From Laetmonice hystrix (Eukaryota): a stretch of DNA of 64,000 nucleotides. Below, one piece after another: positions 53,697-64,000 of the stretch (position 1 is its first letter; each line of letters begins with the position of its first letter). Location: assembly GCA_965235115.1 (NCBI GenBank), contig OZ249436.1:7068001-7132000 (forward strand), written 5' to 3'. The position numbers and the translations under genes were made by a program. Under the pieces are notes generated by a model. The model saw nothing but the letters and a program-made list of their open reading frames with translations. It ran no database searches and was not told the origin of the DNA.

Positions 53697-55661
53697 CATG
53701 CCGAGCAGACGTCAACAAAATTGCAATCATTCGTTGTTTTCATTCTCGCCTAAACAGCATCGTTTCCGGATCCGGAATTCCAAAAGCCATGTTTGGACAG
53801 GAGTGCTTGGCCATCACCCTAACTGCGAACAGCGGTCCTAATTATGCAACCGTATACACTTTTCTCCAAAAAGCTGAATGTTGCAGGCCAAATCTAAATA
53901 TGATATCCTGCATTGTATACCCCCGTATTACGCATGTACCTTTTTGAATTGATTTTCTAGAGTTATGTTATTAATAATAAGTATCCCAACATTCCTCAAC
54001 TGTTTTAATATCTTTAATGATATTATACACTGATAGGCCTATATCAACTATTTTGATTTTACAACACCTAAGGCTGTTTCCCTGAAAATAAAGTTCTATT
54101 CTGAAGCCGCTCAGCCAATTCCCCTCTTGTCATTGCCCTCTTTACAAACAATGCACCACATGGCCTTCTCGCATCATTTTATAACATCAACCCAGAGTCC
54201 AGCATGCAGTCACAGCAGCTGTGATGTCTTCTGCACGTGGTTTGAGACCGTGGAGAAGTTGAGATAGATGGGACAGCCGTCTCCAGTGCCTTCAGCTGGG
54301 AGAAATAAATCACTCCGATCATCAGGACGTGTCCGCACATCACAAACACGCTCCTATATTGCAGAACTACACTGAAACAGACCATCTGGTTCAAGAGTCA
54401 GTGAATTCAACACACGCTTAGCTCATGAACATCCCAACTAATAGCGATTTACGCGTTTTCTTTCTGTAAGGAATTACTCACTCGCTGAAACAGGAGGTTT
54501 ACACATCTGCTGCACTATTTAGTTGAAAGTGCGACGTATAGCGAAGAACCCCCAAAGAGTGTCATTGGTGCTTTAGCTCGGCAACCCCTCCCCCGCACCT
54601 GCAGCTACCTCCACCCTATCCGCCAGAGCCTATATCATGACATTGTCAGTTTGACCTTCTATAAGCTATAGGTGTTTTCGTTAAGAAGTTAGAGCTTGCC
54701 CCGGTGAGGATTAACCTTTTTGTAAGCCGTTGCCCTTTGGAAAATCTTGAGGTATCATTAGTTTACTTCCCTGCATCATTCAGAGTTGATAAACCTTGGT
54801 TCCGGGTGTTTAATTCCTAAAGTGATCCCGATCTTACGACCCAGAACATTCGTCTGATTCGCTATATAGCCAATCAGCAGCCCTCGGACATGCATGATTT
54901 GAGTATTAGGATTAAGCACTTTTTATTATCTAAAAACCATGCAGGCCTTGCTACAGCAAAAGGTCTTATTCTTGGCTCACCACGTCTGCCCAATGATCGC
55001 ACAGTCGCTGAGAAACCGGCAGATAGAAGAAAGCTTTGGATAGGAAAGGGCGAAACGCTTTATGCATCCAATATGGCGAACAAAGCAAAACACGTGTTTT
55101 CTGACGGCTATCTAATACTGGCATAATGCGAGTTGCCCGATTAAGGTATTAATCGGGTAACCTGAAACTATTTCTAGCGTTCTACATTATGAGATAGGTA
55201 ATCAATGATCTTACGACAAATAAAACAGCTGGATTTATATCGATGACAGAAATCGTTTAGATGTTATACCGCCAGGGAGTTTGTGGCGGAATCCATCTAG
55301 TAATCCCGACTCATCGCCCAACGTGGACATAGGAGTGATCTGTAAACAATGATCGTTCGGTGGAACATCGATGGTGTGATCGTGAGAGACCAAATATACC
55401 GCTATTTGTGAGGCAAACAAGTGGAATTACAACCAACCCGCTTACCTCCCACGGGTATACGCCTAAATGTAGTGCTCAATTCAACACATACGGCGGCATG
55501 GCTTTGAATTGCAGTGCATGTCAACTCACGGATGAAATCACTAGAAAAACATCTATCAGCCGATTACATGCTGTTGGGAAAATAAATATACAAGGGCGTA
55601 AATACGAAGACACACAATCGCCGTGTCGTCAGATTATTCCCCCAGGACAGACGCGCCTCAC

Positions 55662-55766
55662 TTTCACTGGTTTGCCGTCATTTTCTGGACGACTGACGAC
55701 GTTGGCGCCTTGTACTGATCTGTTTCCGCTGGGTGTCATGGTCGTGGCGTCCACGCGTTCAGCCAT
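55662..55766 (-). CDS. Candidate first coding exon of a minus-strand gene
   Basis: cgtcATGG start, then MAERVDATTMTPSGNRSVQGANVVSRPENDGKPVK ending at AAA|GTGAGG (phase 0). Lies in the CpG-richest part of the window next to tandem TGACGT motifs; a second strong donor GAG|GTAAGC is at 55446. Confidence 0.28.
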
Positions 55767-57178
55767 GACGTGACGTAATCGTCATTTGTATTGTATCACC
55801 GGATACTACAGGCCGATCTTTTACATTTTAACCCTGAATTTAAATAAATTTGTTCTGAATTTAACAATCCTTTTCGGCGGTTCGCAAATTACCATTTCTT
55901 GTAGGACTCACTGACGTATTTGCGTTTAAGACCGTCCAATTGTGGCGTTTTGTGGCGTGAGTGTTAATAAAGTGACGTATGGATGCTCAGGCCCATTATC
56001 GTACATATTGTACGGCCTACTTCTGAGGCTATATTGGCCTTTATGTACATTGTATAATCGTTCAATAAAAGGTTTTCATCAAGCACTAAATATAAGTACG
56101 AATGTTACCTTAATTAATATGAATGTCGTAGGGCCTATACCGGTGCATGCTTAGTTAATTGATATAATCTACTGTTTTCAACATCCTATTTCTATACCTA
56201 GGCTATAATAGACATACTTTCTTAAAAATGCACATTAATCAACAACAAAGGCATCACCTATAAATGGTGTGCTATCCCAACAGTCCTCACCGCACACGTA
56301 TACCATCCCCCGCCCCCACCCGTGGTATGTCTAGCCTCTTCGTTATAAACTGTTGCACAACTACTGATAGCTCAGAAACGCCGATTCCAGAAACCCAACA
56401 CCTAATGGTATTATGTATGAAAATGTGGTCTAATGCAATCAGGGCTCCAATGTTTGGGCGTTGAAGGAGATTCATCTAACCCTGTAGTTGTTTCTCTGAC
56501 CTTGTGAACAGGAAGACCAACGTCTGCTAATCATCGTCACAGCAGTTTGTATTGACAATGAAGAAATCGCCACTTTTGCTTATAGTCTCGTCCTGCTTCA
56601 TTTGAAAATCACAATAAGTTTACTCTACATTTTCGGCACCTTCGGTCCAGTTAATGAGAATATGATTTCAGAACTTAACCTTATATTCATCGAAACCTGT
56701 TTTAACTTAATCCCCCTTCGTCTTTGTCTTATACTTCTACGTCCTTTCCGTCTTTATAGTTTCACGAAAGTAGCTACTCAAAGAGGCCAGCTGTCAGGTT
56801 ATGTGGCCAAACGATAAGAACTAGATAACGGGATCGATAACGATATTTTGTTATCACCATGACGACGTTCTAATTATCGTCTGCCACACCCAAGACGGGC
56901 TAGCAACAGCCGTTCTCAGACGTAATGAAGACGATCATTCTGTCGGTGTTTGTATGTTCCTGCAGCGTATCCAATGACATGTTACATAGTGCATGTATGT
57001 AGGTTTACGCTGGCTGTGTCATCACCATGGCACAAACTCACAGACTAACATAATAGTCATCTTAGAGCAGGCATTTTCTCGTAAATGACCTAGCATGGAG
57101 TTTGACACTGGATCGTCAATGGTGAATTATTGGGTTTTTGGAAAATTGTAGAGGCATAGTTATAGAATCTGTTCCTGC

Positions 57179-57337
57179 NNNNNNNNNNNNNNNNNNNNNN
57201 NNNNNNNNNNNNNNNNNNNNNNNNNNNNNNNNNNNNNNNNNNNNNNNNNNNNNNNNNNNNNNNNNNNNNNNNNNNNNNNNNNNNNNNNNNNNNNNNNNNN
57301 NNNNNNNNNNNNNNNNNNNNNNNNNNNNNNNNNNNNN
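57179..57337. other. Assembly gap
   Basis: Run of 159 N. Confidence 1.
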
Positions 57338-58821
57338 ACTATAGGCCTTTTGCCACAAATACTCGTGTGTGGCCAGCTGGGGGTTGTCTCTGGGCGGCCG
57401 GACGGCAGGGCCCACCCCACCGACGGGGTACAAGGGTCCCACAGCTGTTCAGCTCCTGTCCCTGCCAATCTCAACTCATTACGTCTAACGAGTTAATGCA
57501 ATCAAAGCGAACGAAATACCAACTTTTGCCCGTGATGACAGACGCTTTATCTCAACCATTACAACCATTTACTGCGCATTACTAAAAGGATCTGAGGCGT
57601 ATAGTTCTATGTAATTAGAAGGGAATTTGTACGGGAATTTTACCGCTAAACCCTTGAGCGATTGACTTTGAGGCGAGGAGATATGAGCGACACGCCCCAG
57701 ACGATCTTAGCTCTTCAGATAAACCAGAGGATGGTAATAAAGCTACAGCTACCTCCTGGCGGGGCGTGACGTACGAAATGAGCAGTAAATTAGACTTTCA
57801 CTTTGAAGTTAAAGCCAGTGAACAAACGGAGTGTATACATAGTCTCACTCTTTCACATGTCAATACACGAACAATTCTAACTGATGGAATAACATTATAG
57901 ATGGAATTGACTGTACATGTAATGTATCTATTGTAAAAGTGATAAAAATGCACTCGATATATTAGAGTCTAAACATGAAGGTCATACATGGATTCATAAC
58001 CTACATCCGTCCACCTTTGGTTTTGAAGAGTGCAAGGCGGCCTCAGTATAAAATAGTATGCCCACCTTTTCCCCGAGGACCATTAAGTCTGATTTTTTGG
58101 GGGACATGGGAGGTGCTATCAGTGGGAACATGTGTAAAGATTTACCCGCACAGGACGCCTGTGGCGCCTCCAAGTGTGAAAAATGTACATCTCTCTTTGG
58201 TGAGACATTGCAGTCTATTGGAAGCAAATGTTCTGGAGCGATTTGTGACCTGCTAGAAAGTAACGAAGGATGAGAGCAAGAAAGTGTGTTACCCTCGAAA
58301 TGTTAGGCCCTATTTATAAACGTTTGTTCCGTGGACCGTTCCTAAATACATAGTTTTATGCTGTAGATGATTACCTGATCCTCCAGAAATCTGAGGGGAA
58401 ACCTGGTCAGAGTTTTGTGACATGCTGCACCTTCATTCATTCATAAAATGACGGGAGACTGCATATAGATTGGAGGCAGCAAAAAAAAAAAAAAAAAGAA
58501 GACAGAGAATTAGACCCACAGACAGGTTTGATGCTTCAACGGTCCGAAATTATACCAGCCTCTTACAAGTGGCTGCATCATCAATTTCTTACAACGGTAG
58601 ACTAGCTATAATAATATCGGAGGAACCTAGCCATTAAAAAATGTAAAGCTTGGGTCTCTACTTTTACTCAAAACATGTATCCCAGACATGCTTTTCTGAC
58701 CATTTATTTTTCTTTACTCTATTTTACCTTTTTCTTGGAAGAACAAACCAACATGATCACCTTATTTCTTTATTAAACACTTGGAGCTCAACTCGCCATG
58801 CGCGCCACGATGTGTTCAGGC

Positions 58822-58915
58822 TGCTGATTGGGTAGAAAGTCTCCGTGTGGAAAGACGTGAACGACCATGAACAAGCTCCGCCCTTACTGCCAATCACCCA
58901 TCATTTGGGCGGAGC
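58822..58915. promoter_or_regulatory. CCAAT/GC-box core-promoter module
   Basis: GCTCCGCCC (58875-58883) and its exact inverted copy GGGCGGAGC (58907-58915) flank GCCAATCA; a reverse CCAAT (CTGATTGG) lies near 58823. Confidence 0.5.
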
Positions 58916-61089
58916 CAAAGGTACAAGTATTTTGGCAGGCACGACTAATCCTCACAGGACGTAGGTTGGCTGTTCCAATAATTGTACAGTATAGGCCTAC
59001 CCCGCGATCTGCTGGGTTAGGCTCTACACTTTACCCAGATCGATTTGATCGAAGTACAAGCGGGCGACTAATCCAATACTTCATCGTAGGATTCAGAACC
59101 CCAACATATTTATAGACGTTTTACGAAAAAAAAAGAAAAAAAAAAGGAAAAGAAAGAAAGGAGCAAAATAAAAAGGGATATTTTTGAAACACAATTTAGT
59201 TTTCAGGTACAAACCTAAAATAGATTTTACCCTCCCCCTTTTACCACACCTGACATAGGCTTAACAATATCAGTCGTCATAACAACATGGAAATATTCGA
59301 CTTTTACACAAACCCATAGAATATCTAAATTCAACACGTCTTGAAAAGGAGGTTACTCGTGAGCCAGTTACGAGGATCTGATATGCCTATTTAGAACATC
59401 AGAGGGCGTCGCTGTCGACTTGGTTCCTAATACCCCTGCTGCCATCTGTCGACTTTTGCCATCTCTTTTACTCACTCTGGACAGCTTTGTATTTTTACCA
59501 TATTACTAGCAATACCTGCGATTTCCCACGGGTATCGATATTATAATACAATGTAGAAGACACAGAACCAATAAAAATGTATTTCTCTTTTCATCACGCT
59601 TAAAGGAATAGAGTGTTTATATTAACATAACGCAGAAAGAATAAAATGTATTTGTTTTTCATGATTCAGTTATTTTAGAAATAGGCCCTACATTGTATAC
59701 TACGGTACTAGTGTTTGTGGGACAAAATCGAGTAAATATTGGGGTCTTGCAAAAAATACATGTTACCTATGACCTTGTTAAATGGTTTTTATATTCCCAA
59801 TGTAGCCAACAGTATGAACAGGGGCGGCGCCAACCTAATGGGGTTAGGGAGGGGCTAATGCCCAGTGCACACTACACGACTGTTGTTGGGCCCGATTCAT
59901 TTTTTGAATCGGATAAGACTATACCGGTAAGATTTTGATTATGCCCAGCAGCCAGGACTGACTATCTGGGACATTGACAATTCTGGTTAATTATGTCAAT
60001 GCACGGGATGTACGTTGAGCACTAATTTATTGTTGATTAAAGTTGATGTTCATTGTTCTTGGCTTTGCCAGGTATTTTCTGTAGATACGAATTATTGCGC
60101 TTGAATATAAAAGAAAATATTTAGCTTTGTTGCTGCGAGAAATGGTTATGTCCATTTTGGGGGGCATTTTTGGCCTTTTTGGCCCCTTTCTTGTATTCAT
60201 TATCTTTATTGTATTCAAAGGCTTATAAGGGCATGTAGACAATCATTTTTGTAAGTACATGTAGAATAGTCACTGGAACTTTGTATTTTTTTCGTTTTCT
60301 GATTTTATGGAAGCAATAAAAACTCCAGACTAATTTTTCAGAATGGTACTTTCGGACATAATCACTTCTGCCTTTAAGCCCACGATTTAATGAAAGGGTA
60401 TATAAAAATAAATGAAAAAAATAACAATAAAAGCAACAGAAATCAGCATATTTTCTAGCTAAGGGGAAACCCATCATCTTTATAAATGTCAAAGTCAAAG
60501 CCTTTCATAGTTCATACTGGTTATACTATATGTCTATAGGCTAATAAGAGAATAGGCCTATGCTCCTGTCGATGTAGTTATTTTCAATAGATTCAATGCC
60601 TGTATCTAATGTCTTCCTCTTCACTATCACCCAGAAATAAATACATACCAGGTATACATCTGCATGGTCATAGAAAAGAAATCTTAAGTGTAGCTCGGCT
60701 ATAGGCCTACACCCGGTCCGTGCCAATGCTTAGGCCTACATACTCACGAACACTGTCACGGTGGCACGGCCCAGCGGGGGCACGGTCTACCGACCAAACA
60801 TCGGTACCCCGGTATACTTTTATAGAGCCAAATATGATATCTGGATGAAAACTGCCCAGAAGTTGTGAAACGTGTTATATTCATTGTACGCGAAGTTTGG
60901 AGAAGAATGGTGTGGTATTTCTGCTATGAAAGCATGTAGAACGCAGGGGTCATACTTTCTTATGTGCCCGCCTTCCCATCAGTTTCAGTGACTGCAGAAT
61001 GTAAGTTACATTGGCAAAAACCAGGTGTAGGCTCCACTTAAATTATTTTCGCTAATAAAGCGACATTGAGACAAATTATATGTACCTTC

Positions 61090-61552
61090 CAGGCCCGTAG
61101 CCAGGATCTACAAAAAAAATAAAAGTGGACTTTTTTTAACATTCACACTTGTGTTGTGCAAAGGGTGGATCCAGTACTGACAAAATGCTGATTTGATGAT
61201 AGAGTCTCCATGTTTTCCCTGTTTTACTGACAACTTAGGCTGATTTCATGATAGAGTCTACATGTTTTCCCTGTTTTACTGACAACTTATGCTGATTTGA
61301 TGATAGAGTCTCCATGTTTTCCCTGTTTACTGACAACTTATGCTGATTTGGTGATAGAGTCTACATGTTTTCCCTGTTTTACTGACAACTTATGCTGATT
61401 TGATGATAGAGTCTAAAATGTTTTCCCTGTTTTATTAGATTGTTGTGTTTTTTCCCTATATATTTATTATTTCTGCATAGAAAGGTGGACCTCTGCCGAT
61501 TTGGAGACGGTTCGTCCGACCCCCCCCCCCCCCCACTTTGGCTACGGGCCTG
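61090..61552. mobile_element. 463-bp non-autonomous DNA transposon with an internal minisatellite
   Basis: Perfect 14-bp TIR caggcccgtagcca, flanked by a 5-bp direct repeat CCTTC at 61085-61089 and 61553-61557; C-run just inside the right TIR. Confidence 0.85.
61175..61434. repeat. ~52-bp minisatellite x5 inside the MITE
   Basis: Unit tactgacaacttatgctgatttgatgatagagtct(c/a)catgttttccctgttt. Confidence 0.95.
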
Positions 61553-62550
61553 CCTTCGTGTCTTCTAACATCAGGGCATCAATAAGTTAAACGTTGTTTT
61601 TTATGGTCAATTCCCCTATTCGCCACCAGTTAACAATTCATGGCGTTTCGGCCTTACGACACTTTACCTTTATCATTATGTGATCAGCTCTAACAATGAA
61701 CACTTCTCTATTAACATATCACTCAAATGTGTTTACAAAGAAAACACAAATTAAGCATGCGAGTTTGACGTGAGAGACATCTGGTGGTCACTGTTGAAGC
61801 TACAATGGTCGTTGCCATGGCTAAAATACTCAAACGTAACATTTAGGAGTGAACATCCCTCTAAAATTTGTTAAAAAGAGACAAAACAACTTGAATCAAA
61901 TTTTCTCGGTAACAACGTTATGACTGTACTATTACGCATACATCAGATATTGCGTCCTACTATCAAGCATACAATGTATTTGTAGGCTACCTCCGACAAG
62001 TTTTTTCCTCACTTTTAACTCAAGCAAACCAGTTGCTGTTACACGGACTTTTAACATCGAGCAAGGTAGAAGCAGTCCACACATGAATCAAACTGGAATA
62101 GGATTCTCGTCGAGATCAAATCCAATGTTGAATACTGTCTTCATGGAGATAAACATAAATTGATTAGTGCTGAAAAGGTTTCCCAAAGTCTAGCAGTATC
62201 AATAGCGTTATTATGCTTTATCAACGTTTTACGCGAATGTCCGAGGAATTACGATGAGGGAACTAGGAGATATTGAGATTTATGCAACTGAACTACTTGT
62301 CTTAGTGTGTGTTTTCACCATATAGTTTAATAAACTCATTAATGCTTAACGGACACAGAAAACCCTTTACCGTGAATATCGTACGTTTTCTTCTCTGCGT
62401 TCATTTACTTAGCGACATAAACATGTACTTATTTTCACTTGTATTGTTTCACGACATTCGTAAAGAGAACTTTGATAATAGAACGCAGTAACAACACCTT
62501 CATACAGACAGATTGTACATGGAAGTATAATATTTTTTGATCTCGAACAG

Positions 62551-62602
62551 GAAAAAACCGCGAGAGGCAAGACTGAAAGCAGTGCTGCACTCTGGTGGCA
62601 TT
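62551..62602 (+). CDS. Candidate 52-nt exon
   Basis: ttttttgatctcgaacag|G and ATT|GTAAGT. Open frame KKPREARLKAVLHSGGI. Confidence 0.22.
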
Positions 62603-62635
62603 GTAAGTGTTTACTTCGTTGTCGCTAGGTGGCAG
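62585..62635. promoter_or_regulatory. Divergent pair of CTCF-like motifs
   Basis: CCACCAGAGTGCAG on minus (62585-62598) and TCGCTAGGTGGCAG on plus (62622-62635). Confidence 0.4.
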
Positions 62636-63096
62636 CTCTGGTTTACGTGCGATTTGCACATTCATACCGATAGGTAGTGCTGGTAGTACTGCTGGTTGAC
62701 TGCTGGTTGACTCAGTCAAGAATATTTCTGTATATTCTCTATATTCATTTTATACTCGTTGGATGTATATATACCCATCTCAATATTCTTGGCTCATTGA
62801 CGGACACAGGTGAATGATGCTTACAAACATACTTGTGTTAAAAAATTATATAATACAACTAAACCCCGTTATTCCGCATTTCTTCTATTCATAGACCTCT
62901 ATACCTCAAAATCCAAATACACTTTCTGGTAACATCTTCTAACATTCTATATTTAAAATGATTCCGTAATCTGTACATTGCACAGAATGTCATACTTCAT
63001 ATGAAAACTTTAGGCATACGCATTACGTACATGTATATTCTCGTGGCGGGACCAAGGGACCTATCAACCCCCCTCCCCCCTTAGCCTAGATACTCT

Positions 63097-63357
63097 GTGG
63101 AAATTAACAATGGCAGCTCAAACACAGAGTTGTTATTAATAGGAACCCGTCAGTGTGGCGATCGCGCAATCCTTATAACACAAGACAGAATTATTATAAA
63201 TATTCCAGTCAAAAATACTTCGTCAGCAGGATTGGCACAGGTTTCAACGGTACCACGCAAAAACATGGTGCATTTAATTAAAATACTATCTGAGAGCAGC
63301 ATGTTAAGTTTTATTATGAAAAAAAAACAATTGCCCAATTCTTTGTGTTACAAATAG
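63097..63357 (+). mobile_element. Possible degenerate L2/CR1-clade LINE reverse-transcriptase fragment
   Basis: NTELLLIGTRQ...IPVKNTSSAG...NMVHLIKI resembles, from recall, the LINE RT C-terminal stretch KTE(F/L)LLIGTRQQL...PVxSVRNLG...MxxHIxxI with similar spacing. Confidence 0.4.
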
Positions 63358-63585
63358 CTCAAAAACCCACTTAAAAAATCTACATGTGTTGCTGGCAGTT
63401 TCCAGTAAAACCCGCACCTATACCAACTATATTTAGTGACTGATAGGGGACGGGTTAAATCTACTCTACACTGTGACTCGATTATAGTTACCTTTGTACC
63501 TAGATCTAATAAAACCTTTGACAAATAATGCCATGTATCACGAATGTTTATGTGGTGGAGAAGAGGAACTTTCTGTCCTTAAGTT

Positions 63586-63710
63586 GGTCACCTTCTGAGG
63601 TCAACCACCGTTACTCTACTAGCCGGGTCACCTTCTGAGGTCAACCACCGTTACTCTACTAGCCGGGTCACCTTCTGAGGTCAACCACCGTTACTCTACT
63701 AGCCGGGTCA
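63586..63710. repeat. 40-bp tandem repeat x3, identical copies
   Basis: ggtcaccttctgaggtcaaccaccgttactctactagccg x3 plus ggtca. Confidence 0.98.
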
Positions 63711-64000
63711 GTCTTCACATGGCCACAGTCCTGGCAAATAAGAGAAAAAAAGACAAATCTGTGTATTTGTAAATACATGTATACAACTTATAGATAATTA
63801 CCAATACAGATGTATTACACTGATGTACCAATTTGCAACCTACTTCAATAAAAACTTCTATAAATTCTAAAGAGGTCTCATAATACAATACAGACCATGC
63901 CCAGATTCATTACTACTCTCATAGCATATTACACATAACCAGATTGGAGAGAGATTTGGTTGTTAATGGCCATGCTAAATTTGATAACTCTGTTCTCTCA

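Noticed and set aside
57116-57474. Three ORFs of 68-108 aa
   Set aside because: They exist only because the 159-N gap contains no stop codons.
58481-58497. Poly(A)17 as a retroposon tail
   Set aside because: No upstream polyadenylation signal, TSD or recognisable SINE/LINE 3' end.

Overview
AT-rich (roughly 40% GC by eye), gene-poor eukaryotic DNA with one 159-nt assembly gap. No prokaryotic genes, rRNA, tRNA or CRISPR array, and no confidently identifiable protein-coding gene. The long ORFs in the track are tandem-repeat or gap artefacts or are of chance length. The style (TAGGCCTA-rich, CpG-rich promoter-like zone, GGGCCC- and CAGG-terminated MITEs) suggests a marine invertebrate deuterostome such as an echinoderm or hemichordate; this is inference. 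The window has two compartments. About 1-49.5 kb is locally CpG-depleted, intron- or regulatory-desert-like DNA. It carries several minisatellites (some with higher-order structure), MITEs, and dense transcription-factor motifs: nuclear-receptor DR1/DR3/CCAAGGTCA sites, an 11-site CAGGTR cluster, and a 78-bp satellite with a TCF/LEF consensus in every unit. About 49.5-62 kb is CpG-rich and promoter-like, with nine TAGGCCTA palindromes and candidate 5' exons of divergent genes. Several CTCF-like motifs share one orientation. Well-supported features are the repeats and four MITEs with clear TIRs (three with TSDs). All exon calls are low confidence. I found no clearly novel biological system; the best leads are regulatory and repeat-evolution observations.
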